From assembly GCA_963717505.1 (NCBI GenBank), contig OY970342.1, positions 4,098,541 to 4,162,540 of the forward strand: 64,000 bases of DNA, in the 5' to 3' direction. Source of the DNA: Candidatus Eiseniibacteriota bacterium (GTDB taxonomy: Bacteria; Eisenbacteria; RBG-16-71-46). Below the pieces are notes generated by a model. That model searched no databases. It was not told where the DNA came from and saw only the letters and a list, made by a program, of their open reading frames with translations. The stretch's first letter is position 1; the number at the start of each line of letters is the position of its first letter. Below, piece after piece: positions 27,254-37,317 of this stretch. The position numbers were made by a program, and so were the translations under genes.

Positions 27254-30200
27254 CTACCGGTCGCCGGTCAGGGTGAACGCCGCCCAATAGAACGGATCCC
27301 GCCGCTCCGGGCGTGAGCGCAGCTGACGCTTCACATTTCGAAGCGCCACCACGAGGTCCGGCCGGCGCGACGCGATGCGCCGGAAGTAGTCGCCGATCAG
27401 CTCGGCGGTCGCGGCATCATCGACCGGCCACTGGGTCGCGACGACGCTGCGGGCTCCGGCGATCAGAAAAGCCCGCGACAGCGCGAACACCCCCTCGCCC
27501 TCGACCCGCGGGCCGCGCTGAGTCTCGCAGGCCGAGAGCACCGCCAGATCGGCGCCGAGCACGAGATCGTAGATCTCGTAGATCTGGAGCAGGCCGTCGT
27601 CGGCAGGCGGTGGGTCGGGCTCAGGCGGCTTCGCGAGCACAATGCCGGCCAGCAGGTCGCCGCGCCGCTCGGTGACGAAGGCGTGAGTCGCGAGGTGCAG
27701 ATACCGCACCTGACCGGCGGCGAAACGAACCGCGCTCTCGGTGGCCTGGTTTCCCGAGAGCACTGTGACCTCGCGGGGCGCAAACGCGGTGCGCACGGCT
27801 TCGGATTCGCGCTCGGTGCCCGGGAGTGGCGTCCATTGACGGCCGCCGGCGTCCTCGTTCCCGGCGCCGAAGTCGGGATTGCTGACACTCAGACCTGTGG
27901 GAGCGTCCGGTTTCGCGGCCGGACGTTCGCGGTGAACGAGCATGAGCTGCGAGGTCGCCGAGCTAGCGTAGCGGAGCGCAGGCCCCTGATCGAGCCAGTC
28001 GCGCGCGTTCTTCCCCGGGTCGGTGGTCACCAGCGCTTCAAACGGCAGTGCGTGGAGCGCGCCGTCGACCACGAGCGTGGCCACCTGCGAACGGCGCAGG
28101 TCCCGCCAGGCCGGGTCCGGGATCAACACCCGATAGAGCGCATGCAATCGATAACTCGTCGAATCCGGCGCCGACTCGCCCGGACGCTGAACGCGGAGCG
28201 GATCGTCGCGGACTCCGGCGAGCCATGCGGCGAGCCCGAGACCGATCCGCGCGCCGCGCGACGTGCGACCACCCTCGACGATCGCGGCGACGTCGCTCCG
28301 GCGCAGCGGGCCCGGGGCGATTCGCAGCATCGCGGCGGCTTCGGGATCCGCGACCAGCGAGTACGCGCGCGCCGGAGCCGGTGCGGGCGGGATCAGAATC
28401 AACGTCGAGGCTTCCGCGCCCAGGTGATAGACCACCAGGAGCTCGTCTCTCGGTACGAGCCCGCGCTGAACGTCCGGGAGCGATGCCGGCTGGCCGCTGC
28501 GGGTGAGCAGCTGCCGCCACATCGGGCTCGCCGCCCGAGCCGCGTCGCGGGCGCGTTCGACTTCGGCCGCCGCCGAGTCGCGCGAGGCTTCGAGCGAGGC
28601 TTCGCGCTCTCGCCGCGCCACCTCCTCGAGCGCCGGATCGCTCCGTGTCACCGACAGCTCCGACTGGAGGCGCGCGAGACCGCTGCGCGACTGATCCTCG
28701 GCACGCCGTAGACGATCGGCCAGAGCAGGATCGAGGCCGGCGTAGAAGTCGACGCCCGCCGACGACAGTTGATCGAGCATCAGCCTGGCCCGGGCACGCT
28801 CGTGGACTTCGAACGCGCCCGCCACGTCCCCGTCGGCCAGGCGCAGGACGAACAGCCGATCGTAGAGGCGAAGGTGTTTGGCCAGGAACAAGGCGCGGCT
28901 CGCGGCCGAGGCACCGCGAACCACGCGCAGGGATTCGGCATCGGCCACCGCCCGCTCGATGCGTTCGCGCGCGGCTTCGGGCTCCCCAGCGCGCTCGGCC
29001 AGCTTCGCGGCTAATTCGGCGGCCTCGAGCCGGGCCTCGGGTTCGACCCGGCTAGTGTCGAGCACGGCGGTCGCGCGTTCGAGCTCGATGGCGGCGGCAT
29101 CGGGTGGCGACGCGGGATCGGCCGCCAGCGCACGTGCGAGCAACAATCGGCTGATCGCGACGTCCACGTGATCGGGCCCCAGTGCGCGTCCGCGGATCGC
29201 GATGGCCTGTCGCGCCAGGGAATCCGCCGTGTGTGGATGTCCTGCGGCCAGCTCCAGGGCCCCAAGTTCGTGAACGCTCTGGGCGGTCAACGGATGCTGA
29301 TCGCCCACCGTCTTCGCGAGCACACCGAGAGCCTCGGCGGCCAGGATTGATGCCCGCTCCAATTCTCCGTTCTCGCGATAGAACACTGCCGTCTGATTCA
29401 GGTACGGCAGGACATTGGCGTTGTCGCTGCCAAACGAGCGGCGGGCGAGCACGAGTGCCGACTCGTAGTGTGGTGCAGCCTCTTCCATTCGCCCCTGCAG
29501 TCGATAGACCTCGGCCAGGTTGAGCTCCGCCGCCGCCGTCGCGAAGTAGTCCGGGGGCTGGGCCGCACGCTGCAGGGCCAGTGCTTCCTCCAACAGCGGT
29601 TCCGCGTCCAAGTAGCGCGCCTGGTCGCGGTAGAGACCCGCGAGGTTGGTGACCAGTGCGGTGCGCAGTGCGTGATCCCGCTCGAGCGCCGAGTCGGCGA
29701 CCGCGAGCCCTTGCTCCAATGCCACGCGCGCCTCGTCGTAACGCTCCTGGACCCGCAGTGCCTCCGAGAGATTGAGCCACAGATCAGCGACCCGACTTGG
29801 GGAGCGCACCACGGACGCCTCGTACACTTCGAGCGCCGAGCGGAACAGCGACTCGGCTTCGGCCGGTCGGCCGAGCCAGTAGGCGAAGGCCCCGAGTTGC
29901 CGCAGGCTCAGGGCCACCAACGTGTCGCGATCGCCCAGGGTTGCCCGTCGTATGGCCAGTGAACGCTGCTCGAGTGGTTCCGCCTCCGTCCACTCCCCAC
30001 GGTAATCGAGCACGGTCGCCAGCGTGCTCAGGCTGCGCGCGGTCTGCAGGTCGTCCTTGCCGAACGCGCGCTCGCGAGCGGCAATCGAGCGGCGCGCGAA
30101 CTCGGTCGCGGCCTCGAGCCCCTCGGCGGTTCCGTGCACAACGCCGCGAACGATCAACGAGTCGTACGCGTCGGCCTGGGCGCGAGAGTCGCGGCCGGCG

Positions 30201-30367
30201 CGCCGGTTCACCCACTCGGCGCCGCGGGTAATCGCGAGGTCCACACGCCCGGAATCGAGGGCCGCGTCGACAGCAACGCTCGCCGACACCGATCGACTCG
30301 GTGAGGTCGCCGCGCCAGCGCCGCACGGGACCAGGAGCGCGAGCGCGATCCAGGCGGCCCGCTTCAG
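27254..30367 (-). CDS. TPR + CHAT (caspase-like) domain protein
   Basis: Many long TPRs (HPLTAQSVHELG), LHALPFEAL, dyad HLATHA / LSACET, VATQWPVDD, PFYWAAF; start 30289 (GTG) or 30367 (CTG). Confidence 0.88.
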   Translation of the reverse strand: MKRAAWIALALLVPCGAGAATSPSRSVSASVAVDAALDSGRVDLAITRGAEWVNRRAGRDSRAQADAYDSLIVRGVVHGTAEGLEAATEFARRSIAARERAFGKDDLQTARSLSTLATVLDYRGEWTEAEPLEQRSLAIRRATLGDRDTLVALSLRQLGAFAYWLGRPAEAESLFRSALEVYEASVVRSPSRVADLWLNLSEALRVQERYDEARVALEQGLAVADSALERDHALRTALVTNLAGLYRDQARYLDAEPLLEEALALQRAAQPPDYFATAAAELNLAEVYRLQGRMEEAAPHYESALVLARRSFGSDNANVLPYLNQTAVFYRENGELERASILAAEALGVLAKTVGDQHPLTAQSVHELGALELAAGHPHTADSLARQAIAIRGRALGPDHVDVAISRLLLARALAADPASPPDAAAIELERATAVLDTSRVEPEARLEAAELAAKLAERAGEPEAARERIERAVADAESLRVVRGASAASRALFLAKHLRLYDRLFVLRLADGDVAGAFEVHERARARLMLDQLSSAGVDFYAGLDPALADRLRRAEDQSRSGLARLQSELSVTRSDPALEEVARREREASLEASRDSAAAEVERARDAARAASPMWRQLLTRSGQPASLPDVQRGLVPRDELLVVYHLGAEASTLILIPPAPAPARAYSLVADPEAAAMLRIAPGPLRRSDVAAIVEGGRTSRGARIGLGLAAWLAGVRDDPLRVQRPGESAPDSTSYRLHALYRVLIPDPAWRDLRRSQVATLVVDGALHALPFEALVTTDPGKNARDWLDQGPALRYASSATSQLMLVHRERPAAKPDAPTGLSVSNPDFGAGNEDAGGRQWTPLPGTERESEAVRTAFAPREVTVLSGNQATESAVRFAAGQVRYLHLATHAFVTERRGDLLAGIVLAKPPEPDPPPADDGLLQIYEIYDLVLGADLAVLSACETQRGPRVEGEGVFALSRAFLIAGARSVVATQWPVDDAATAELIGDYFRRIASRRPDLVVALRNVKRQLRSRPERRDPFYWAAFTLTGDR

Positions 30368-30371
30368 CGGA

Positions 30372-30803
30372 CTAGCCCTCGTCGTCTTCCGGCGACAGGA
30401 AGCGCTCGACCCAGCGGAACAGCTCGAGAACGATCAGGGCGAGCACGGTACCGATCAGAGCCAGACTGTACGCCTGGACGCCGACCGCGACGCCGATTGC
30501 CGCAACCATCCAGACGCTGGCCGCCGTGGTCAGGCCGTGGACGTAGCCTTCGGTGCGCATGATGCTGCCGGCGCCGAGGAAACCGACGCCGGTGATCACT
30601 CCGTGGATGATGCGCGTCGGATCGAGGTTGGGCCCGCCGATGCTCGCGACCGCGTGGCGCGTGACCAGCACGAACATGGTCGAGCCCAGACACACGAGGA
30701 TGTGGGTGCGGAGTCCGGCCGGCTTGCGCCCGATCTGGCGCTCCCAGCCGACCATGGTGCCGAGGATGGTGGAGACGAGCATCGCCACGAGATCCTGCAT
30801 CAC
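30372..30803 (-). CDS. MgtC/SapB family membrane protein
   Basis: GWERQ-KPAGLRTH, DPTRI, GVGFLGAG, GLTTAASVW. Confidence 0.92.
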   Translation of the reverse strand: MMQDLVAMLVSTILGTMVGWERQIGRKPAGLRTHILVCLGSTMFVLVTRHAVASIGGPNLDPTRIIHGVITGVGFLGAGSIMRTEGYVHGLTTAASVWMVAAIGVAVGVQAYSLALIGTVLALIVLELFRWVERFLSPEDDEG

Positions 30804-30833
30804 GGGCCTCCGGTGTGCGGCCGAGGAGCGCCG

Positions 30834-31631
30834 CTACTTTCTCTGGAATCGAGCCGGGCGCTTTTCGAGGAAGGCGTTCAGCCCCTCGTGCATGTCCTCG
30901 CTGGCGGCGAGGATCCCGAAGAAACCGCTCTCGAGCCGCAGCCCGGCGTCCATCGTCAGATCCTGACCGTGGATCACGGCCTCGAGCACGGCGCTGACCG
31001 CGAGCGGACCGTTCTTGAGGATCGATTGCGCCAGCTTCATCGCCTCGTCCATCAATTGCGCCTGCGGCACGACGCGGTTCACGAGACCGATGCGCTCGGC
31101 CTCGTCGGCCTTGATCCGCCGCCCGCTCAGAATGATTTCGAGCGCCAGGCCGGTGCCGATCAACCGCGGCAGCCGCTGGGTTCCGCCGTAGCCCGGGATG
31201 ATCCCGAGGCCGACCTCGGGCAATCCGAGCACCGCGTTGTCGGAGGCCAGTCGCATGTGGCAGGCGAGCGCCAACTCGCAGCCGCCGCCGAAAGCGTAGC
31301 CGTTGATCGCCGCAATCACCGGCTTCGGCGAACGTTCGAGGGCGAGCACGACGCGCTGGCCGAAGCGCGAGATCTCCTCGGCCGCCGCCGGGCCGAGTAC
31401 TGCCAGCTCGTTGATGTCGGCGCCCGAAATGAAGCTCTTGTCGCCGCTGCCGGTGATGATCAGAGCGCCCAGCTCGGGATCGGTGTGGAATTGGCGGGCG
31501 AAATCCTCGATCTCGCTCAACGTCTGCCGGTTGAGCGCGTTGAGCACGGTAGGCCGGTGGATGCGCAGCACGCCGACGGCGCCGGCGCGCTCGATCTGGA
31601 GATTCGTGTAGGCCATCGTGGTCGTCGTCAT
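30834..31631 (-). CDS. Enoyl-CoA hydratase / crotonase
   Basis: SGADI, GGGCELALAC, GLPEV-LGIIPGYGGTQRL; start 31631 or 31616. Confidence 0.93.
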   Translation of the reverse strand: MTTTTMAYTNLQIERAGAVGVLRIHRPTVLNALNRQTLSEIEDFARQFHTDPELGALIITGSGDKSFISGADINELAVLGPAAAEEISRFGQRVVLALERSPKPVIAAINGYAFGGGCELALACHMRLASDNAVLGLPEVGLGIIPGYGGTQRLPRLIGTGLALEIILSGRRIKADEAERIGLVNRVVPQAQLMDEAMKLAQSILKNGPLAVSAVLEAVIHGQDLTMDAGLRLESGFFGILAASEDMHEGLNAFLEKRPARFQRK

Positions 31632-31756
31632 CTGGAGGTCCGGGTGTTCGGCACGCTGCCGTGTTCGTGGTCGTGACGCGAGCGGCGCAGTATAGTCTTG
31701 TGCCCGAGGCGGGGCCAAACCTAGAATCGCCCGCCGTCCCAAGCCTGCTGGAGACC

Positions 31757-33067
31757 GTGGTGAGCACCGAGCCCAAGACCGTCCCCGATCCGGAACGACT
31801 GGTCGCCGAGCTTCAGTTCCTGACCGAGTTGAGCCGCATCGTGGCTTCGAACACCGAGCTGCAGCCGATCCTCGACTGGGTGGTCCAGAAGACCACGGCC
31901 ATGTTCGGCGCCGACGAGGGCAGTATCAAGCTGCTCGGTCCGGAAGTCGTGGAGCCTACGGTGAAGACCCTGGTCGCCAAGCGCGATCCGGGCATTTCCG
32001 CGGGATCGTGGCCGTCCCAGGTGTCGATGAACGTCATGGGATTCCTGATGGCGAAGAACGAGCCCCTGGCGACTCCCGACCTGGCCAACGACGCTCGCTT
32101 TGCCGGCATGCGCGGATTCGAGACCCGGGTGCGCGCGACCCTGGCCGTGCCGTTGCGCGTCGGCAACCGCGTCACCGGATTCCTGGCGGTGACCCATTCG
32201 ACTCCCGGTCGCGCGTGGACCGGAGACGACATCCAGCTCCTGTCGATCGTCGCCGGCAGCTCGGCCGGCGTGATCGAGCAAGCGCGTCTGCGCGACGATG
32301 CCCAGCGCTCTCAGCACATGCGCGAGGAGAACGAGCGCATCCAACGCGACCTCAAGCTCGCGCACGACTTCCAGATGTCGCTGGTCCCGACCCACACCGG
32401 GCGTTTCGGCCCCTGGGAAGTGTACGGCAACGTCGTGCCCGCACGTTCGGTGGGCGGTGATGCGTTCGACTACTTCTCGCTGGGAGCCGGCCGGTTCGCG
32501 GTAGCGATCGCCGACGTGTCGGGCAAGGGCATCCCGGCGGCACTCATGGCGTCCAACATGCAGGCCTCGCTGCGGGCGTACTGCGACGGCCGGATCACGA
32601 TTCGCGAGGCAATGCGGCACTTGAACGAGAGCATCACGCGATCGGCGACTGCCGGACAGTTCGTCACGCTGGTCTATGCCGAAGTGGATTTCGAGCGCGG
32701 ACGGGTCTTCTACTCGAATTGCGGCCACAACTACCCGCTGCTCCGGCGGCGTGACGGCGAGCTGGTCGAACTGCGCGAGGGCGGGTTGCCCCTTGGCATC
32801 ATGGAGCAGAGCGAATTCGGGGTGGGCGAAGTGCCGTTCGAGCCCGGCGACGCCCTGTTGCTCTACAGCGACGGCATCACAGAGGCCCTGAACCTTCGGC
32901 GCGAGGAGTTCGGCGAGGAACGCCTGCGGGCCGAGTGGGCGCAACCGGCGGCCAGCGCCGAAGCCGCGGTCACCGCGATCGTGTCGGCGGTCGAGCGCTT
33001 CCGCGGGCGTGCCGAGCAGAGTGACGACATGACGGTGGTTACCGTCGCCCGGGCCGCAGGCTCCTGA
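31757..33067 (+). CDS. GAF + SpoIIE/PP2C phosphatase (RsbU-like)
   Basis: GAF domain, then VGGDAFD, IADVSGKG, NCGH, LYSDGITE, QSDDMT; start approximate. Confidence 0.9.
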   Translation: MVSTEPKTVPDPERLVAELQFLTELSRIVASNTELQPILDWVVQKTTAMFGADEGSIKLLGPEVVEPTVKTLVAKRDPGISAGSWPSQVSMNVMGFLMAKNEPLATPDLANDARFAGMRGFETRVRATLAVPLRVGNRVTGFLAVTHSTPGRAWTGDDIQLLSIVAGSSAGVIEQARLRDDAQRSQHMREENERIQRDLKLAHDFQMSLVPTHTGRFGPWEVYGNVVPARSVGGDAFDYFSLGAGRFAVAIADVSGKGIPAALMASNMQASLRAYCDGRITIREAMRHLNESITRSATAGQFVTLVYAEVDFERGRVFYSNCGHNYPLLRRRDGELVELREGGLPLGIMEQSEFGVGEVPFEPGDALLLYSDGITEALNLRREEFGEERLRAEWAQPAASAEAAVTAIVSAVERFRGRAEQSDDMTVVTVARAAGS

Positions 33068-33141
33068 ACCAGTTCCCACTTCCGCCGCCGCAGGCCAGTC
33101 GCCGGCGCGTCCTGGTCGCGATAGCGGTTCGAATCCTTCTG

Positions 33142-34008
33142 GTGGTAGCGATCTCCCTCGTCGTGGCCACCGTGATCGCGGGCGTCGAGATCGCGCGCTT
33201 CCCGGTCGAGCCGCTGGCGCGCCGGACGCCCAAGGTCACGGCGTTCATGCAGGCGCGCGCTGCTGAGGCGCGCAAGGCCGGAAGGCGCTACCGGGTCGAC
33301 CAGCGCTGGGTGCCGTATTCGAGCATCAGCCGAACGCTGCGTCGAGCCGTTTTGATCGCCGAGGACGATGCCTTCTTCAGCCACGGTGGCTTCGACTGGG
33401 ACGAGATCAAGACCTCAGCGCGCACCAACATGGCGCGCGGGCGGGTGGTGCGCGGCGGCAGCACGATCACCCAGCAGTTGGCGAAGAACCTGTTCCTCGG
33501 TCCCTCCCGCACGCCCGTGCGGAAGCTCGAGGAGTTCCTGCTCGCGATCCGGCTCGAGCGCATGCTCGGCAAGCGGCGGATCTTCGAGCTGTACCTGAAC
33601 GAGATCGAGTGGGGCGACGGCATCTTCGGCATCGAAGCCGCGGCGCGGCGGCACTTCGGCGTCTCGTCCGCCGATCTCGACGAGCGCCAGTCGGTGCTGC
33701 TGGCCGCGGTAATCATCAACCCACGACACTATTCGGTGCGCGAGCCCAACCGCCGCATCGAGCGCCGCGTGCGGATCATCGCGGGGCGCATGATGCGCCG
33801 CGGGTTCCTCGACGAGAACGGCTATCGATTCGCGATCGGCGCTCCGCCGTTACCGCCGGCAGCACCCGATAGCCCTGTGGGCGCCGACTCGCTTCCCGCC
33901 GAAATGGCACCACCAGGGTCGGGCGACGAGACTGCCCCGGCTCCCGACTCGGTCCCGTCCCCTTCCGCTCCATCCGACACCGCCGAACGAAGTGTGGCGG
34001 GTCCCTGA
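33142..34008 (+). CDS. mtgA: Monofunctional peptidoglycan transglycosylase (GT51)
   Basis: AEDDAFFSHGG, GGSTITQQLAKNL, RKLEE, ELYLN, GIEAAA; start uncertain. Confidence 0.9.
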   Translation: MVAISLVVATVIAGVEIARFPVEPLARRTPKVTAFMQARAAEARKAGRRYRVDQRWVPYSSISRTLRRAVLIAEDDAFFSHGGFDWDEIKTSARTNMARGRVVRGGSTITQQLAKNLFLGPSRTPVRKLEEFLLAIRLERMLGKRRIFELYLNEIEWGDGIFGIEAAARRHFGVSSADLDERQSVLLAAVIINPRHYSVREPNRRIERRVRIIAGRMMRRGFLDENGYRFAIGAPPLPPAAPDSPVGADSLPAEMAPPGSGDETAPAPDSVPSPSAPSDTAERSVAGP

Positions 34009-34024
34009 CCGGTCGTGCCGGGCG

Positions 34025-34486
34025 CTACCCGCCCAGGATCTCTCGCACGATCTTGGACACCGCGCCGCCGTCGGTGCGCCCTTTGTACTTGGCCAGCACC
34101 GGGCCCATCACCTTGCCCAGATCCTTGGGGCTGCTCGCCCCGACCTGGGCGATGACCTCGCGCACCGATGCCTTGAGCTCGTCCTCGCTCACCGGCTGCG
34201 GCAGGTAGCGCATGGTGATTGCGATCTCGCGCTCTTCGCTGGCCACCAAGTCCTCGCGGGCGACCTTGCGGAACTCCTCGATCGCCTCGCGACGCTTCTT
34301 GACGTAGCGCTGGAGGATCTCGATCTCCTCGTCTGCGTCGAGGCCCGCGCCTTTGGGCTTCTTGGTACGGGCTTCCATGAGCGCCGTCTTGAGCATGCGC
34401 AGCGTGCTCAGGGTGGGGGCGTCCTGCGACTTCATGGCCGCAGTCATCTCGGTCTGAATGCGGGTCATCAGGTCGGGTTGGGTCAT
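34025..34486 (-). CDS. GatB/YqeY domain protein
   Basis: [39 protein letters not shown]. Confidence 0.92.
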   Translation of the reverse strand: MTQPDLMTRIQTEMTAAMKSQDAPTLSTLRMLKTALMEARTKKPKGAGLDADEEIEILQRYVKKRREAIEEFRKVAREDLVASEEREIAITMRYLPQPVSEDELKASVREVIAQVGASSPKDLGKVMGPVLAKYKGRTDGGAVSKIVREILGG

Positions 34487-34623
34487 GGCGCGGCACCCTA
34501 CCACGCTCCCGCGGCTCCCGGCACGCCGCCATTCTTGACGATCCCCGAACGGTTGGGGCCATCCCAGTGGCTCGCCAGCTCCGTAATCAGAGTGGCATGA
34601 TGGAAGGGACGAATGGAGGAGCC

Positions 34624-35181
34624 ATGAAGACGCTGGGCATCACCCTGTTGGTGGCGGGTCTGGGTCTGGGCGTATTGGTGGTCACCGGTAGCAGCAGCAA
34701 GGGCGGCAGCAAGCCCGCCGCGGAGGGTAAGACGACGTCTGCAGAGAAAACGAAGACCGCGGCCGCGGAGAAGTCGAAAGCGGAGAAGATCACCCCGATC
34801 GTCCGCAGCGACGAAGAGTGGCAGAAGTTGCTGACGCCCGAGCAGTATCGAATTCTGCGACAGAAAGGCACCGAGATGGCGTTCACCGGCGCCTATTGGA
34901 AGACCCACGACCGAGGCATTTACAAGTGCGCGGGCTGCGGGCTCGAGCTGTTCGACTCCGACGAGAAGTTCGACTCGGGAACCGGCTGGCCGAGCTTCTG
35001 GGCCCCGCACAAGCCGTCGCACGTCACCGGCGAGACCGACCTGGCGCACGGCATGATGCGCGACGAGGTCGTGTGCGCCCGCTGCGGCGGGCATCTCGGG
35101 CACGTGTTCGATGACGGCCCGAAGCCAACCGGACTTCGCTACTGCATCAACTCGGCAGCGCTCAAGCTCGAGAAGAAGTAG
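34624..35181 (+). CDS. msrB: Peptide-methionine (R)-S-oxide reductase with export signal
   Basis: SD GGAGGAG; [40 protein letters not shown]. Confidence 0.95.
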   Translation: MKTLGITLLVAGLGLGVLVVTGSSSKGGSKPAAEGKTTSAEKTKTAAAEKSKAEKITPIVRSDEEWQKLLTPEQYRILRQKGTEMAFTGAYWKTHDRGIYKCAGCGLELFDSDEKFDSGTGWPSFWAPHKPSHVTGETDLAHGMMRDEVVCARCGGHLGHVFDDGPKPTGLRYCINSAALKLEKK

Positions 35182-35190
35182 CCCCGCCCG

Positions 35191-35904
35191 CTACCGGGCG
35201 GGCGGCGGAATCGCGAACTCGACGCCGACCGTGGTGATGAAATTGTCGACGTCGGTGAAGTCGTAGCGGCTGTTGCGCTCGATTCCGGCGCGGAACCACT
35301 TGTATTTGAGGTCGAACGCCCAGCCGTTGGTCTTCTCGGTCGCCGGAACGTAGGTCGCCTGCACCCAGTCGTTGGCCTCGTTGGCCAGCCGCAGGCGGAT
35401 CGGGAAGGTCCAGAACGCATCGTCGCGCGGGTCGCGAATGATCGTGGCGCTGGCGAAGTTCCACGAGCCAAAGTAGTAGTCGGCCCCGGCCGACAGCACG
35501 ACCTCGGTGTGGTCGTCGAACACCAGCGGGCTGACCTCGGCGCGCACGACCCAGCCCCCGCCGACCAGCTGGTCGGTGCCGAACCCAAAGCGCTCGTGCT
35601 TGCCCTCGTGCCGATACATCGCGTTGTACACCGACTGGCGGCGGTCGCGCAGGTGAATGCCGATTTCGGGGCGGACCTGGTCGTCGCCGGTGTCGAAATC
35701 CCAGTACTCGAACTGGAAGTGCCACGAACGTGTCGCCCAGTACGCGAGATAGTCGCGCATGTCGTTGCCATCGGTGAAATCCCAGAATCGGAACTGGGCG
35801 CCGGTGGTCGCCGGGGTCAGGGATTGCGCCGAGGCCGGCGCCGCCGCGAGCACGATCCCGGCGAGCAGGCCCAGCATCAGCCGAAGGTCCAGGCGTCGTT
35901 TCAC
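35191..35904 (-). CDS. Small outer-membrane beta-barrel protein (YaiO-like)
   Basis: GTGA overlap with the GT2 stop, signal ASA, alternating aromatic strands, VGVEF near the C-terminus. Confidence 0.65.
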   Translation of the reverse strand: MKRRLDLRLMLGLLAGIVLAAAPASAQSLTPATTGAQFRFWDFTDGNDMRDYLAYWATRSWHFQFEYWDFDTGDDQVRPEIGIHLRDRRQSVYNAMYRHEGKHERFGFGTDQLVGGGWVVRAEVSPLVFDDHTEVVLSAGADYYFGSWNFASATIIRDPRDDAFWTFPIRLRLANEANDWVQATYVPATEKTNGWAFDLKYKWFRAGIERNSRYDFTDVDNFITTVGVEFAIPPPAR

Positions 35905-37142
35905 AGCAGTCGATCCTTGGGGCCGCGCCGCGGGCGCATGGTGCCGGTCACGTATCGCATCCAGAACCAGCTCACGACCGCGAGCGCGCGTAGCACCGTG
36001 TTGATCGCTCCGTAGATGGGGTAGAACAGCAGTACCCCCAGCGACGCTCGCCGACGTTCGCCGGGCACGGTGACCATCAACCAGGGGTAGACCTCGAATG
36101 AAAGGTACGCGAGGTACATGGCGACGATCCAGTGTCGGATCCCCGGCGTGACCGCAATCATGACGATCGAGAGCACTTTGATCGGATCGCTGACGACGGT
36201 ATAGAGGTTGTACAAGACTTCGTAGCGCAGGCGCCAAGCGACCCGGGGCCGGAACAGCAAGCGAATGAAATTGGCGATCTGGTGGTAGGTGCCGGGGTAC
36301 CAGCCGAAAAGGCGCTGGCGCACCCAGCCACCGACCGTCGACGGCGCGACCGTCCACACCGGCTCGTCGGCGAACACGATCTTTCGCTCGTTGAGCAGGT
36401 GGATCATCGTCCGCTGCAGGTCTTCCCCCGGGAACACGCAGGTGTGTTCGTGGTGGAAACGATCGAGGTCCGCGGTGCGGAACAGACCGACGGCGCCCGA
36501 CACGCAGCTGACCGACTCGGTTACGTCGTGAAACCGTCGACCGATGGCCATGCTCTTGCCGTACTCGTAGCGCTGGAGTGACCCGAGGAAGTTGCCGCCT
36601 TTGGCGCCATCCCGGTCACGGCGGTCGGGGAGCACGTGGAAGGCAACCGCGTCGAAGCCTTCGTCGGTGATCAGCGAAGTCGGGATCCTGGTGGTGCCCA
36701 AACGAGTGTCGTCGTCCAGCAGCAGGGTCAGCGGCGTCGAAACCCGGTGGACGGCGTAGTTGATCGCCGAGGCCTTGCCCTTCGAGTTCTTGAAACGGTG
36801 GACGTTGACGCCCCGGCTGCGGGCGGCGTCGCCGGTGCCATCGGTGCTCGCGTCATCGACCACCAGGATGCGGTCAGCGCTCAGTTGCTGGCCGAGCGAG
36901 GCCAGGGTGGCCGGCAGCTCGTCGGCCCCGTTCCGGCTGGCGACCACCGCCGTAACTTGTTCGGGCTCAGACCGAAACGCGCGTGGCTCGCTGCGGCCGA
37001 TCAGCTCGACGATGATCTTGCCGAAGTCGACGAGCATGCTGAAGACGACGGCGAAAGCAAGGCCCAGCGACCAGCCCCCCAGCGTGACGACTCCCACGAA
37101 AGGTTGCAGTCCAGGAAGCAGGCCGTCAGAAAGGGGCATCAT
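35901..37142 (-). CDS. Processive-type membrane GT2 glycosyltransferase
   Basis: DDASTD, GKA-A-N, DDD, CVSGA, GED, QRLFGW, C-terminal TM helices. Confidence 0.88.
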   Translation of the reverse strand: MMPLSDGLLPGLQPFVGVVTLGGWSLGLAFAVVFSMLVDFGKIIVELIGRSEPRAFRSEPEQVTAVVASRNGADELPATLASLGQQLSADRILVVDDASTDGTGDAARSRGVNVHRFKNSKGKASAINYAVHRVSTPLTLLLDDDTRLGTTRIPTSLITDEGFDAVAFHVLPDRRDRDGAKGGNFLGSLQRYEYGKSMAIGRRFHDVTESVSCVSGAVGLFRTADLDRFHHEHTCVFPGEDLQRTMIHLLNERKIVFADEPVWTVAPSTVGGWVRQRLFGWYPGTYHQIANFIRLLFRPRVAWRLRYEVLYNLYTVVSDPIKVLSIVMIAVTPGIRHWIVAMYLAYLSFEVYPWLMVTVPGERRRASLGVLLFYPIYGAINTVLRALAVVSWFWMRYVTGTMRPRRGPKDRLL

Positions 37143-37158
37143 CGCAGCCGATACTAGC

Positions 37159-37185
37159 GGACGATCGCGCCCTCGGCCGGGTTGG
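37159..37185 (-). promoter_or_regulatory. Putative ECF-sigma promoter (CCAACC-N16-CGTCC) for the GT2 operon
   Basis: Same boxes and spacer length as 2497-2523. Confidence 0.5.
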
Positions 37186-37317
37186 AACGCTCCGAGCGTC
37201 CTTCCGCGCAGCCGTGATGAGCCAAATGCACGAAAACGGGCGCTCTAACGAGCGCCCGTCGTGCGGAGTGCAGAACGGAGTGCGGGTTGCGCGCCAGCCG
37301 GGCGGTGCGTGGGTCGG

